DNA of 64,000 nucleotides from an uncultured virus (IMG/VR IMGVR_UViG_3300021962_000072) (IMGVR_UViG_3300021962_000072:1-64000); one strand, 5' to 3'; positions 19,894-30,963 are shown, numbered from the stretch's first letter. Notes: generated from the letters alone by a model not told the origin. A program made the numbers and translations.

Positions 19894-20674
19894 CTATACC
19901 AAATAACACAGTATTGCTAGGTTTAATACCAAGAGTCTTACAAAGTTCTATTTGATGTTTCTTGTAACGCTGAACAATAAAATCTGGAGAGAATCTTTCG
20001 ATCATTTTATATCCCAATCCTGCTCCTACTCTATTGGTATAGTCGATCTTGTGCAACATTAGTAAAGAATCGTCATTGTCCTCTCTGGTCAGTCTCATAC
20101 CAACACGAGCATATGCTAAAGGAAATGCTTTTGATAGACTAAACGTAATATCTGTAATGCAGTCAAAATTAAAATTAAAATCTATGTCAGAACATACACC
20201 AAAATATACACAGTCAACCAATACAGGAATTTCAAGTTCTGTACAGATACGCAAAGTTTCTCTCATTTTGGAATGCTCGTTACCTGTGTCGCTAAACGGT
20301 AGACTGATAACCACTGCATCGTTAGTTTCTAATGGTGCATCTTCTATAAATTTCCAATCCGGCCAGCTGTTCCTCCAGGTCACTTGATGATAGATGTATT
20401 CTCCTTTGAAGCAGCGGAATCGTCTTTTGTTATTTTTTATATAAAACTTATCAAATGCTTCTGTGGTTCCGTTGGAAAATACAGCGTATGGAAAATTTTC
20501 TATTCCCGTAATGGTGTTTAGTTCAGTAGACTTTATCCACTCTAAGTATCTTTTACAAAATGTCTCGGCATCTATGTTCACAGCCTGAGGTAGGCTGTCC
20601 AAAGTCTCTGGATCCATAATAGCAAATGATCCGCCATAGGGTAGAGATCTTTTATCGTTAGGTGGTGCAGTCAT
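19817..20674 (-). CDS. PLP-dependent aminotransferase-like protein
   Basis: VDCVY, SLSKAF (PLP lysine) and RVGMR. Confidence 0.7.
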   Translation of the reverse strand: MTAPPNDKRSLPYGGSFAIMDPETLDSLPQAVNIDAETFCKRYLEWIKSTELNTITGIENFPYAVFSNGTTEAFDKFYIKNNKRRFRCFKGEYIYHQVTWRNSWPDWKFIEDAPLETNDAVVISLPFSDTGNEHSKMRETLRICTELEIPVLVDCVYFGVCSDIDFNFNFDCITDITFSLSKAFPLAYARVGMRLTREDNDDSLLMLHKIDYTNRVGAGLGYKMIERFSPDFIVQRYKKHQIELCKTLGIKPSNTVLFGIDEYNRYPEYNRGGPTNRLGLYKHYV

Positions 20675-20713
20675 ATAACTACTTATTCGTTAAATACGCA
20701 GATAATTACATAT

Positions 20714-21469
20714 ATGAATACCCAAACAGCATTTGATTTTTATTTGAAGAACAAAGATATAATTTGGAAGACTCCAGAAATACCAGAAGACCTTCTCGGT
20801 AATCTACAGATTGCCCGATGGATTTTAAACTATTCTAAGATAGGATGGTTGGAACTTGACCTAGACATTGATGTAGAATCCTGGCAAAGAGAATCGGACA
20901 AATCTGAATTTCGATTAGTACCACATAGAGAAACAGACAGCAAGGGATGGAACAGTTGTTGTATACACGGTATTGATGTTGATAAAACAGGAGCCTGGAC
21001 GAACTATGGCTATACTGATGAGTCTCAAGTTCCTTATCATTGGACATCTTTATCGGAACAGACTCCTTCTATAAAATCTTTTTGGACAGATTTTCCTTAC
21101 GAGTCTTATCGCAGAATAAGATTTATGCAGGTAGAACCTAACGGATATATTAATCCTCATAGCGATGCACCTGGAAAACTACCAGGTGAAAATAATCTTG
21201 ATATGTTAGACTTCGGAGTACCAATCAACATAGCTATCCATCATCCAGATACTTGTTATCTATCAGTCGAGGGGTACGGAGTTGTTCCTTTTAAAGAAGG
21301 TCGAGCATTTATTGTTAACATAAGGAACTATCATAGTGTTATCAATCTTTCTAACATTCCTAGAGTACACTTAATATCACACGGTATACCTGGTATTAAA
21401 AAAGAAGAATTTGCAGAGTTAGTCGTTCGCAGTTATATAAAACAGTATGATAAACATTCTAGAATTTAA
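20714..21469 (+). CDS. Asp/Asn beta-hydroxylase-like 2OG-Fe(II) oxygenase
   Basis: PHSD...HSVIN...RVHL. Confidence 0.75.
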   Translation: MNTQTAFDFYLKNKDIIWKTPEIPEDLLGNLQIARWILNYSKIGWLELDLDIDVESWQRESDKSEFRLVPHRETDSKGWNSCCIHGIDVDKTGAWTNYGYTDESQVPYHWTSLSEQTPSIKSFWTDFPYESYRRIRFMQVEPNGYINPHSDAPGKLPGENNLDMLDFGVPINIAIHHPDTCYLSVEGYGVVPFKEGRAFIVNIRNYHSVINLSNIPRVHLISHGIPGIKKEEFAELVVRSYIKQYDKHSRI

Positions 21470-22577
21470 TCCCGGATGGGATAGAAACATAGCTGTATGT
21501 TTTGTTGATAACACAAGACAGTATCAGCCTGAGATCCGCGAATTAATAAAAAATCAAGCAGATGGAGTGTTATCTAATCTGTACAAAAAAGGTTATACTG
21601 TTTTTCAATGGGTAGATGAGGATGCACTGATTAATCATGTATCTACATTAGGATACGAATTTGCATTAGTGGTCAGCACTGGTACAGAATTTATCAACGG
21701 AACTGCATTCTTTGATGCATTATCAAATCTGATTACAAAAGATTTCTTTGTAGCAGGACATATACTAGATCGTGGCGATGCGTATTACGAATTGCATCAC
21801 CAATGTTATGTTATTAACTTAAAGTATTACAAACAACTAGGTAAACCCGAAATAGGAAAACAACAATTAGGAGCAAAACACAAGCAGTGGATGCCCTGGC
21901 GTAGCCCTGAAAACTGGCACGACGACTATACTCCTAAATGGGTCAGCGTAGGAGATGATACTAAGCAGTACCATCATCAATGCCACGGTTGGAATATACT
22001 TAGCAAAGGCTTCGAAGAAGATTCTACTATGTTAGTGTTTGACGAAGAACTTAGAAATAATAAAAAACATTTCTATCCTGAAAGTCCTGCTGATTTTTAC
22101 AAGCAATTAAGTTGGGCATACCATCGACTAAACTACTGTCACGATACATTTGTTCACACAGCCAACACAGAAACTGTAGATCTTCCTATAAAGAAATATG
22201 ATCAGATTGTTACTCCTGCCAGTGGAGTGTGGTTTACTGAATATCTGTCCGATAAAGGAACAGTAATTATGTACGATTACAACAAATCTTCTTTAGATTA
22301 TTGGCAGAAGCAATATCCTAATTACAAATTTGTAAAGTGTGATCTTCTAGGCAACGATAATTTGTTAGATTATGTAGACACGAGTATAGGCAATACACTA
22401 ATAAATCTATCAAACATTTTTAACTACGAAGGAACTTTGTTTTTCTACAGTTTAAATTATAGAAAATATAAAGAAAACTCGTTAATAAGAGATATTGAAA
22501 ATACAATGCCCGATGCAGATATAAATGTCAGCCTATCGGCAAACATAATTACTGCTGTGCCTACTTGGCATCTATAA
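21447..22577 (+). CDS. Hypothetical protein
   Basis: 376 aa; GHILDR and YELHHQC motifs. Confidence 0.7.
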   Translation: MINILEFNPGWDRNIAVCFVDNTRQYQPEIRELIKNQADGVLSNLYKKGYTVFQWVDEDALINHVSTLGYEFALVVSTGTEFINGTAFFDALSNLITKDFFVAGHILDRGDAYYELHHQCYVINLKYYKQLGKPEIGKQQLGAKHKQWMPWRSPENWHDDYTPKWVSVGDDTKQYHHQCHGWNILSKGFEEDSTMLVFDEELRNNKKHFYPESPADFYKQLSWAYHRLNYCHDTFVHTANTETVDLPIKKYDQIVTPASGVWFTEYLSDKGTVIMYDYNKSSLDYWQKQYPNYKFVKCDLLGNDNLLDYVDTSIGNTLINLSNIFNYEGTLFFYSLNYRKYKENSLIRDIENTMPDADINVSLSANIITAVPTWHL

Positions 22578-23178
22578 TCTCTATTAGTAAATTCGCTAGT
22601 TTAGAATTAATCGCATCACCTTCGAAATGATTAGGTGCAGAAGGCGAACTATCAGCTGACAGTTCTTTTAAAATTACAGGAACAGTAATTCCATTTTGCC
22701 AGTCATATGATTTTTCAAAACACCATAGGTGTATAATTTTTGTATTTTTTAAATTAGATAATACTTCTCTATCAAATCTATAAAACGCAGAAATCATTTC
22801 TTCTCTAGCTTTTCTATCATCATACAAAAATTTGTAATAATGTTTTGCAGCATTAACTACACCGTGATTTAATATATTAGAAAGTTTTATATCTTTTAAC
22901 TTTAAATCCAGCACAGTAGAATAAGTTAAATTTCTAACCACAGGATGATATATTCTGTGATGACTGGTCCAACAAAAAATACACACGTCGGGAGTATCTA
23001 CAGATGTGAATTGATCTAATATAGTATCCCAATAGCTGCTACCCGGCCGACCTAGATTTACTATATCTGCTTTATAGTTGTTTTTGATTTTTCTAATATA
23101 AGTTTCGTAATTAAGAAACCAACTATGCGGGTTACTTTCTTCCATGCAAAAACTATCGCCAAAGAATCCTATTTTCAT
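22561..23178 (-). CDS. SGNH/GDSL hydrolase-like protein
   Basis: GFFGDSFC, G..GSS and NH; paralog of 23188-23916. Confidence 0.65.
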   Translation of the reverse strand: MKIGFFGDSFCMEESNPHSWFLNYETYIRKIKNNYKADIVNLGRPGSSYWDTILDQFTSVDTPDVCIFCWTSHHRIYHPVVRNLTYSTVLDLKLKDIKLSNILNHGVVNAAKHYYKFLYDDRKAREEMISAFYRFDREVLSNLKNTKIIHLWCFEKSYDWQNGITVPVILKELSADSSPSAPNHFEGDAINSKLANLLIEIIDAK

Positions 23179-23187
23179 AGCAGCGTA

Positions 23188-23916
23188 TCACCTACAAGAT
23201 TTATCATAAACAATTAATTTTCCAGTTTCGTAGTTATCGATAGCATCAATAATTAGATTTGCTACCTTTGAGTTTGATTCATCTGTGCCTATATGATTAG
23301 CTGAGTGGAAGAATTTAGGACCTTCTAATCTAAAACAAGATAATGCTGGCCGTATCTCTACTCCGGATGACCACCTATAATCATATGTTACGTTTTCTGG
23401 ATCTACAGTTCGATCCTCGTTACGTTTTTGTATGTTGCCAAAACTCCATAAATGGATGATTTTAGTTTTATTCTCTAGAGGCTTTAGCACGGTGTTATCA
23501 AAATGATACCATGCTGCTTGCATTTCTCTAACAGCTTTTCTTTCATTGTGTATATGTGTGTAATACTCTCTAGCAGCATCGTATGTTTTTCTGTTAAACC
23601 AATGTATAGCATTTACTACTGGATCTTTTCTGTGTTCAGGATCCATCACCCATAGGCCTATGTTCCTAATATTTTCATTGAATAATCTATTGCAATCTGT
23701 CCAACAAAAAATACATACATCCGGGAGCTGGTCTCGATGCTGGGGGAATTGATTTAAAATAACATCCCATCCGGAGCTTCCTCCGTGTCCCAGACACGCA
23801 ACCTTAGCACCGTAATGTTTTTTAAGTTTACGTATATAAGTTTCGTATCCATTGCCCCAACTATGAAAGTTACTCTCTTCCATACAGAAGCTATCACCGA
23901 AGAACCCTATTTTCAT
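23188..23916 (-). CDS. SGNH/GDSL hydrolase-like protein
   Basis: Identical N-terminus MKIGFFGDSFCMEESN. Confidence 0.65.
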   Translation of the reverse strand: MKIGFFGDSFCMEESNFHSWGNGYETYIRKLKKHYGAKVACLGHGGSSGWDVILNQFPQHRDQLPDVCIFCWTDCNRLFNENIRNIGLWVMDPEHRKDPVVNAIHWFNRKTYDAAREYYTHIHNERKAVREMQAAWYHFDNTVLKPLENKTKIIHLWSFGNIQKRNEDRTVDPENVTYDYRWSSGVEIRPALSCFRLEGPKFFHSANHIGTDESNSKVANLIIDAIDNYETGKLIVYDKSCR

Positions 23917-24419
23917 GTATATTCAGTGATCAACAAAGATAGTCTTGTTTGATGTCCGATGTTAGCAGCACCGTGTACATCGTAAGAGTCTAAAAATACA
24001 AATACATCGCCCTTCTTATAATCGGTCATTAGCTTGTCATTGTATATAAACACGTGACCTGAATGATAATCTTGCAAAGGTATCCAATATCGTGTACCAT
24101 CTCTTTCATAAACGTGAGGATCTGAATGCATAGGCATATACTGGCCTGGTAACAATTTTGTAACCCACCAGTGATAATCGTTTTTTAAGAAAGGAAAATT
24201 TAATTTAAAACTTAAATCAGGTGGGTCAAATACAAACCAATGAACGCCCTCTAGGTCATATCCAGCATCTCTAGCCTTTTTATATTCGTCACTTTCGTGT
24301 TTAAAAGCTGGAGGCCAATCTCTAGGTCTGGCTTTTCCGTCCTTGGACATTATTTCTTCTATCCATTCGTCTTGTATAAATTCGGCAAAATTGCCGATGT
24401 ATTTCATTGCGTCTGTCAT
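23913..24419 (-). CDS. 2OG-Fe(II) oxygenase/cupin-like protein
   Basis: PMHSD...HGAAN...R. Confidence 0.7.
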   Translation of the reverse strand: MTDAMKYIGNFAEFIQDEWIEEIMSKDGKARPRDWPPAFKHESDEYKKARDAGYDLEGVHWFVFDPPDLSFKLNFPFLKNDYHWWVTKLLPGQYMPMHSDPHVYERDGTRYWIPLQDYHSGHVFIYNDKLMTDYKKGDVFVFLDSYDVHGAANIGHQTRLSLLITEYT

Positions 24420-24429
24420 ATGCTGATAT

Positions 24430-25368
24430 TTATGGAGTAGTTACTGGGGTAATTTTAAATTGTCTAAATTTTTTCTTGCGGCTAGCATCGAGTGTAACCG
24501 GAATACTCAAACACAATGTATCTTTTTGTTTGTCAAACGCACACAGTTTGCACACAGGAATCGATTCTGGTAGCCGTTGAACGAACTCTTTAATTAATTC
24601 ATATTCGTCAAATGGATTGCAGCCTTTGTATTTCTCTAAAACTTCCTGGGCTTCTGGTTCGTATCTAATCTGCAATTTGGCTTCTGGATAGTTTGTAACT
24701 GGCGGACACTTATATAAACGACCATTTTGGAATGTGTATGTATCTTTCCAAGCACAATTCTGATGGCTTGCTTCCTGATCCCCACCCATTTCAAAATATA
24801 CTATACCATTTTCAACCGTCTTATGATACGGTGGAGCCATTTCAGTTACCTGCTGTAATCGTATTGCTATCCGACCATCTAAGTAATACTCTATCATCTT
24901 CCATTCTTTGAGATGGACTTTTTCTTTTTCTATAGTAGTAACTCGATCCATCCAGGGAGATAGTATGTCTAAAACATCTTTTCTTTGTTTTTCAAATGTA
25001 CTTTCATCGTGACAAGAAACTTGTATCCAGGTTTTTTGATCTTGTACAAATTTTCTAGACAGTTCTTTTCGTTGGGCAAGGCGTGTACCATTAGTTAATA
25101 TTTCTAGTCTAGCGTCTGGCCATAACTGTCGAACATTATCAAACCATAATTCTAATTCAGGATGCAGGTATGGTTCCCCTCCGCACAAGGATATGTATTT
25201 TAAATCTAAAATCTTAGCCCATTCTTTGTAATATTCTTCGTAAGAGGTCCACTTAAATGTTCCTAGAAAATCATACATTGCTAATCCTGTGCAATGACTA
25301 CAGGTCATGTTACAAAGATTGTTAACCATTATAGAAACGTTTGTTTCTATTAATATTTTTTCATTCAT
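24430..25368 (-). CDS. Radical SAM protein
   Basis: CNMTCSHC, GGEP and TNG. Confidence 0.9.
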   Translation of the reverse strand: MNEKILIETNVSIMVNNLCNMTCSHCTGLAMYDFLGTFKWTSYEEYYKEWAKILDLKYISLCGGEPYLHPELELWFDNVRQLWPDARLEILTNGTRLAQRKELSRKFVQDQKTWIQVSCHDESTFEKQRKDVLDILSPWMDRVTTIEKEKVHLKEWKMIEYYLDGRIAIRLQQVTEMAPPYHKTVENGIVYFEMGGDQEASHQNCAWKDTYTFQNGRLYKCPPVTNYPEAKLQIRYEPEAQEVLEKYKGCNPFDEYELIKEFVQRLPESIPVCKLCAFDKQKDTLCLSIPVTLDASRKKKFRQFKITPVTTP

Positions 25369-26032
25369 AATTAATTTTAAAATCGTCCGTTGTTATCTGT
25401 TTAAAATCTTCTAACAATTCTCTCTCTAATCTAAATGATACCTTAGACGAATTATGAAAAAAGTCTGCTAGTTTGTATTTCTGATTAGCACGATTTAAAA
25501 ATGGACTAAAGATCTTATCAAACTTGTATCTATAATCGTGCTGTTCATACGCAGGTTCAATAGAAATGTCAATTAGATCTGTCGGAGTTCGACTAGTAAA
25601 CAGCAGCTCTCTTACTACAAGTTGTAAACGTGGAATAGATCCGTAATTGGTAGCAGCGTGTATATGACTAGCATCCATGTATGCCCATCGATTATCTCTA
25701 ACACATTCGTGCATTACCTTATTATCTAAATCAATTAGATAAGATTGTTCGCCTGTTAAATTTAAGTGCCAGCGATTGTCTATATCAGCGTGTGCCATGT
25801 AACTTTCGCCGGGCTCTAATTTGATAATACGTGCCTGTCCAACAGTGTAGGGAAGTGTATTTAAAACTTCTTCCCAGGCCGTGCCCTTATAAATCTCTTT
25901 AATAGTCCATTCATCATAAAAGAAATTACCAGTTGGTTCGTTAAGTACCGCACTATCATCCTGAATAGGACATTCTTTAAGGGCCTTCTCAATTAATCCA
26001 TCTGGGCATTGCCATCGTTGCTTCTTAATCAT
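25361..26032 (-). CDS. Asp/Asn beta-hydroxylase-like 2OG-Fe(II) oxygenase
   Basis: HADID...HAATN...RLQLV. Confidence 0.7.
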   Translation of the reverse strand: MIKKQRWQCPDGLIEKALKECPIQDDSAVLNEPTGNFFYDEWTIKEIYKGTAWEEVLNTLPYTVGQARIIKLEPGESYMAHADIDNRWHLNLTGEQSYLIDLDNKVMHECVRDNRWAYMDASHIHAATNYGSIPRLQLVVRELLFTSRTPTDLIDISIEPAYEQHDYRYKFDKIFSPFLNRANQKYKLADFFHNSSKVSFRLERELLEDFKQITTDDFKINYE

Positions 26033-26072
26033 AGAAATATTTATGTGCTACTATAATGATGTAAATACGTTT

Positions 26073-26753
26073 ATGAACCTATACCTTAACCCCGAGTGGA
26101 AAAAGATTGGAATTAGCATAAGTGGTGGAGCAGACAGTGCGCTATTATCATTTTTAATTTGTTCTAATACTGATGCAGAAATACATTTTACCAATCAGAT
26201 ACGACTTTGGAAAACTAGACCTTGGCAGGAATACGTAGCCGATAAAGTAATAGGTTGGTTTCAGAAACGTTTTAAAAATAAATTTTATGTACATCGAAAT
26301 CTAATTCCTCCCGAATTAGAATGGGCAGACAAAGGTCCTAATATTATCGACGAATACGGAAAGTTGAAAAGCGGTAATCAAATCATATTGAGATCGCACA
26401 ATGAATATATCGCTCACAAATATAATTTAAATGCACTATATGGGGGCATAAACAAAAATCCAAATATTCCGATAGACGGCTCATTGAGTGATAGAGATGA
26501 AGGACATATACCTCCGTACTTTGAACATAATGGAATTAGTATTTGTCATCCGTTCGTACACACAACTAAAGATTGGATAGTAAAACAATATTATGAAAAT
26601 CATATTGAAGATTTATTAAATCTAACTCGCAGTTGTGAGGGAGAATTTGAAGGTATTGATTATCAAACCTATCAACCTGGTCAATATGTTCCTACTTGTG
26701 GGAAATGTTTTTGGTGTAAAGAAAGAGCCTGGGCAATTGAATCATCCAAGTAA
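26073..26753 (+). CDS. QueC-like PP-loop ATPase
   Basis: SGGADS PP-loop; TRSC...CGKCFWCKER zinc motif. Confidence 0.75.
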   Translation: MNLYLNPEWKKIGISISGGADSALLSFLICSNTDAEIHFTNQIRLWKTRPWQEYVADKVIGWFQKRFKNKFYVHRNLIPPELEWADKGPNIIDEYGKLKSGNQIILRSHNEYIAHKYNLNALYGGINKNPNIPIDGSLSDRDEGHIPPYFEHNGISICHPFVHTTKDWIVKQYYENHIEDLLNLTRSCEGEFEGIDYQTYQPGQYVPTCGKCFWCKERAWAIESSK

Positions 26754-28002
26754 AACCTTTTGTATGCATCCTTTTACAGGATTAGCAACACGCGAAGACG
26801 GTGCAATTAAAATATGCTGCCGCAGCCAACCTATTGGTTGGATACAAGAACAAAGTTTAGAAGAAGTGTGGAACAGTGATAACATGAAACTGGTCCGGCA
26901 ACAGGTCTTACATAATGAAAGACCTGAAGTTTGTAAACCTTGTTTCGATCTAGAAGATCAGGGAGTTGAAAGTCTACGCCAGCGTCACATTAATGGCGTC
27001 ATTCCTGAAGCACGTATTAACTTATATCCACACGCACTAAATGGAATGGATCATAACTTCAATATGCCATTTACATTTCCTACTATTGAGATTAAACTTA
27101 ACAATCTTTGCAATCTCAAATGTAGAATGTGCAATCCGTTGGATAGCACGAACTGGAAAGATTGGGATGAAGTTAAACCTTTCTACGAAAAAGAAAACAA
27201 TTACCTAGTACCTACTGTAGCCAAGTTAGTTAAGACTCCCGGACAATACATAGGACCGTTTGATAACACTGATAATTGGTGGAATAGTTTTGAAAAATTA
27301 CTTCCTCATTTTAGACGTGTAGAATTTGCAGGCGGCGAACCTCTAATGGATCCGCAGCATTATCGAATACTAGATATGCTAGAGCCATATGGCAAGAATA
27401 TAGAATTAAAATATGCCACTAATGGCACAACACTAGGAATAAAGGGAGGAAGAAGTGTTCACGAATATTGGCCTAAGTTTAGATCAGTTGCCGTTAATGT
27501 CAGCCTTGACGGCGTTGGGAATGTTTACAATTACATACGCACTAACAGTAACTGGGATTTGGTTGTTAACAACATACGAGAAATACAAAAAATCAAAAAT
27601 GTTACGCGAATAGTAGGAGCATTTACCGCGCAGGCCGCTAATATATTACAGGCTGCAGAATGTGTAGATCATTTTATCAACGAATTAGGAATAGTATTCT
27701 ATAGTCATAGAGTAAGTTACCCTAATGTGTTATCTGCACAGGTATTGCCTCAACCGTTAAAAGAAGAAGCAATTAACAGATTGAAATCAGTAGAACAAAG
27801 ACTGTTTACGTTTCCAGCTATAACAGAAAATGCTTTGCTAGAAAAAGTAACAAGACAACAAATCAAAGATAATATAAATTATCTACAGGCTAAAGATCAA
27901 AGTCATCTATGGAACGACTTTGTTGAATTTAATAAAAGATTAGACAGCACACGTAATCAAAGTCTAACAGATGCTGTGCCAGAGTTTAAAGACTATGTAT
28001 AA
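26737..28002 (+). CDS. Radical SAM protein with N-terminal SPASM/twitch-like domain
   Basis: CMHPF...CC...CKPC, then CNLKCRMC and GGEP; TTG start inferred. Confidence 0.9.
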   Translation: MNHPSKTFCMHPFTGLATREDGAIKICCRSQPIGWIQEQSLEEVWNSDNMKLVRQQVLHNERPEVCKPCFDLEDQGVESLRQRHINGVIPEARINLYPHALNGMDHNFNMPFTFPTIEIKLNNLCNLKCRMCNPLDSTNWKDWDEVKPFYEKENNYLVPTVAKLVKTPGQYIGPFDNTDNWWNSFEKLLPHFRRVEFAGGEPLMDPQHYRILDMLEPYGKNIELKYATNGTTLGIKGGRSVHEYWPKFRSVAVNVSLDGVGNVYNYIRTNSNWDLVVNNIREIQKIKNVTRIVGAFTAQAANILQAAECVDHFINELGIVFYSHRVSYPNVLSAQVLPQPLKEEAINRLKSVEQRLFTFPAITENALLEKVTRQQIKDNINYLQAKDQSHLWNDFVEFNKRLDSTRNQSLTDAVPEFKDYV

Positions 28003-28987
28003 ACTTTCCGACATAAAAAGTATACACTTGGAATTAACCACAAGATGCCAAGCTAGGTGTCCTATGTGTCCTAGAAGAATCAATGGTGGAATATTAAATC
28101 CATTGTTTGAAATAACAGAAATTGATCTAGATGTATTTAAAAAATGGTTTCCTGAAAGTTTTATTCAGCAGTTACAGGGAATTAATCTATGCGGGAATCT
28201 TGGAGATCCTATAATTGCCAAGGATTGTTTAGAAATATTAGAATACATTAGATCTATAAATCCTTCTGTTATATTGAATATGCACACTAATGGAAGTGCT
28301 AGAGATATCAAATGGTGGGAAAGATTAGCCAAGCTCAACATAAGGGTAGCATTCGGCATCGATGGACTAAAGGATACACATCATTTGTATAGGATCGATA
28401 CTGACTTTGATAAGATAATAGAAAATGCTCGGGCATTTATACAAGCAGGCGGTAACGCTGAATGGGCTATGTTAGCGTTTGCTCATAATGAACACCAGAT
28501 AGAATCCTGCAGATCTATGTCTCAAGATTTAGGATTTAGAAAATTTACTGTTAAACACACATCTAGATTTCAAGATGATAAACTGCACGTCATTGACGAG
28601 CGAGGAAAAACTACACATATACTTCAACCAACAGTTAAGAGCAAGGAGATGATTCCTAAAATCGTAGAATCATTGAAAGTAGAAAAACCTTTTATAAACT
28701 GCAAGGTGCAAAATAATAAAGAATTTTATATAGGAGCATCGGGATCTATTAGTCCTTGTTGCTGGTTAGATTTTAGTTGGATACTTCCTAGACACGAAAG
28801 CAGAGTAGACTACATGGATCAAATAGATATGCTACCTAGTCTAAGAGAAAATACACTTGAAGAAATTTTTAATTCTGACTATTTTCACAAGATAGAATCT
28901 ACCTGGATGAATAAACCTCTAAGAGAATGTAGCAGACAGTGCGGATCATTTGATAAGTTGGGAGAACAATTTGTACAAGATCACTAG
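27995..28987 (+). CDS. Radical SAM/SPASM protein
   Basis: CQARCPMC, GDP and C-terminal PCC...C...C. Confidence 0.9.
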   Translation: MYKLSDIKSIHLELTTRCQARCPMCPRRINGGILNPLFEITEIDLDVFKKWFPESFIQQLQGINLCGNLGDPIIAKDCLEILEYIRSINPSVILNMHTNGSARDIKWWERLAKLNIRVAFGIDGLKDTHHLYRIDTDFDKIIENARAFIQAGGNAEWAMLAFAHNEHQIESCRSMSQDLGFRKFTVKHTSRFQDDKLHVIDERGKTTHILQPTVKSKEMIPKIVESLKVEKPFINCKVQNNKEFYIGASGSISPCCWLDFSWILPRHESRVDYMDQIDMLPSLRENTLEEIFNSDYFHKIESTWMNKPLRECSRQCGSFDKLGEQFVQDH

Positions 28988-29867
28988 TTCTTGGCCACAT
29001 CAGGATCAACTTAAAGTAGAGTGGAATCTAGGCAAGCGGTGTAACTACGACTGTTCATATTGTCCTAGCAGCATACACGATAATTACAGTCCTCACACTG
29101 ATATAAACGTTCTCGAGTCAGCAGTTGATACTTTATGTGAAATAGGTAAACCCTTAAGAATTAGTTTAACTGGTGGAGAACCTTGCGTTCATCCCGACAT
29201 CGAGGATTTTCTAGAATACTTAAAAAGAAAATATGTGTTTTGGGTTAACGTAACTACCAACGGTACCAGAGGATATAAATGGTATTTAGATAACGAAATT
29301 TTTTATAATCATTTAGTATTCAGTCTGCACTTCGAACAAGAATGGATGAGAGTGTTTGACACTATTCTTAAGTTTTATGACAGCACCGAGCGTGATTTTC
29401 ATGTTAATGTAATGGCGCATCATAAACACATGCACAGTGTTCGTACGGTAGTGAAAAAATTCCAAGAGTTAGGCATCAGGTATGCTGTTCGTAGGATAAG
29501 ATGGACTGATGGAGATCATAATATATTTGATGATTTAAGATATGACGGTGACGATCTAGAATGGCTATTAAGTCAAGATGCAACTGCCAAGCCCAATTGC
29601 AGAATAGATGACCAACAGATAATACATGCTAATGATATTATTAAGAATCACTTGAATCAATTCAAAGGATGGACTTGTAATGCCGGAATTGAAAGTTTGA
29701 TGATTAACTGGAACGGTGAAGTACATAGAGCAACCTGTAGGGTCGGTGGAAGCCTTGGCAACATATACGAAGGAACATTTGAAATTCCTTCCAGTCCAAT
29801 TGTTTGTACTAGAGATTGGTGTACTTGTGCAGCCGATATCCCGCTAACAAAATACAAAAATGATTGA
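28971..29867 (+). CDS. Radical SAM/SPASM protein
   Basis: CNYDCSYC, GGEP and C-terminal CNAG...C...CTC. Confidence 0.9.
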   Translation: MYKITSSWPHQDQLKVEWNLGKRCNYDCSYCPSSIHDNYSPHTDINVLESAVDTLCEIGKPLRISLTGGEPCVHPDIEDFLEYLKRKYVFWVNVTTNGTRGYKWYLDNEIFYNHLVFSLHFEQEWMRVFDTILKFYDSTERDFHVNVMAHHKHMHSVRTVVKKFQELGIRYAVRRIRWTDGDHNIFDDLRYDGDDLEWLLSQDATAKPNCRIDDQQIIHANDIIKNHLNQFKGWTCNAGIESLMINWNGEVHRATCRVGGSLGNIYEGTFEIPSSPIVCTRDWCTCAADIPLTKYKND

Positions 29868-30963
29868 AACTACTGCTATTAATTTAAAAAATCCTTCCGG
29901 ATTAATGATAACCTGGGATATGTTAAGAAGGTGTAACTTAGATTGCTCCTACTGCGAAAGCACCAGACACAATAATTACAGTCCTTACCCCTCACTAGAA
30001 GAATTAAAAGAAACTTTCAACTTCATTAAACAATATACTGACTTGTATAAAGACAAAAGAGTATACAAAGATCACAGCAATATAGATTTTACCGGAGGTG
30101 AGCCTACGGCTAATCCTAACTTCTGGCCTTTAATTGATTATATAAAATCCGTAGGAGGATTCAAATTAGGTCTTACTACCAACGGAACCTGGGGACCTCA
30201 ATTCACAAGCAAGATCTTAGATAACTTTATACACGTTACTATCAGTTATCATACGGAAGCTTCTCCGAAATTAAAGTTACGCAGCTGGAAGAACATCATT
30301 GAATTGCATAAAGCGGGAATGAGTGTGCAGGCCAATATAATGTTACACTGTGACCACTTCGATGAAGCTGTTGAGATTTGTGAAAATCTAAGATCTAACG
30401 GTATTACAAAGATAAACCCTGTGCCCATCGGTGATGGTAACATGGAACGCAAGGGATGGTTCATAGATTCAGAAGGTAAGAATCGTAGAACCAGTCACGA
30501 ATATACTAAAGAACAACAAGATTGGTTCTTTAAATTTATGAATCTTGATAGATCGGCTGAACAAAAACAAGAAGGAACTAACATAGGTCGAGCCTGCTGC
30601 GGTGGCAGATGCACTACAGGAAAAGTCAACGGCGAGTGGACTGAGGTAAAGTTAGTAAAGAACTGGTTTAAAGATTGGCATTGTACAGTTAATTGGTTCT
30701 TTATGCACATTGACCAACATACAGGAAATGTCTTTCATCATCAAACTTGTCAAGCTACATTTGATGGCAAGGGTCCTATTGGTAATATAAAAGAATCACA
30801 ACAGATCCTAGATAATTTAAAAGAGTTTTTAAACAAGGATAAACTTCCTGCAATCGTATGTCCTAATCAGAGATGCGGTTGTGGTATGTGTGTACCTAAA
30901 GCACAATCGTTTGAAGATTTTAAACAGCTTTGGAAAGAAGTTACAACGGCTGAATTGGAATAA
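29860..30963 (+). CDS. Radical SAM protein
   Basis: CNLDCSYC, GGEP and Cys-rich C-terminus (CC, CGCGMC). Confidence 0.9.
   Translation: MIETTAINLKNPSGLMITWDMLRRCNLDCSYCESTRHNNYSPYPSLEELKETFNFIKQYTDLYKDKRVYKDHSNIDFTGGEPTANPNFWPLIDYIKSVGGFKLGLTTNGTWGPQFTSKILDNFIHVTISYHTEASPKLKLRSWKNIIELHKAGMSVQANIMLHCDHFDEAVEICENLRSNGITKINPVPIGDGNMERKGWFIDSEGKNRRTSHEYTKEQQDWFFKFMNLDRSAEQKQEGTNIGRACCGGRCTTGKVNGEWTEVKLVKNWFKDWHCTVNWFFMHIDQHTGNVFHHQTCQATFDGKGPIGNIKESQQILDNLKEFLNKDKLPAIVCPNQRCGCGMCVPKAQSFEDFKQLWKEVTTAELE

Noticed and set aside
26073..26753. Complete 7-deazaguanine (queC/D/E, folE, dpdA) pathway
   Set aside because: Only a QueC-like PP-loop protein is seen; the other members were not recognised, so no gene symbol was assigned.
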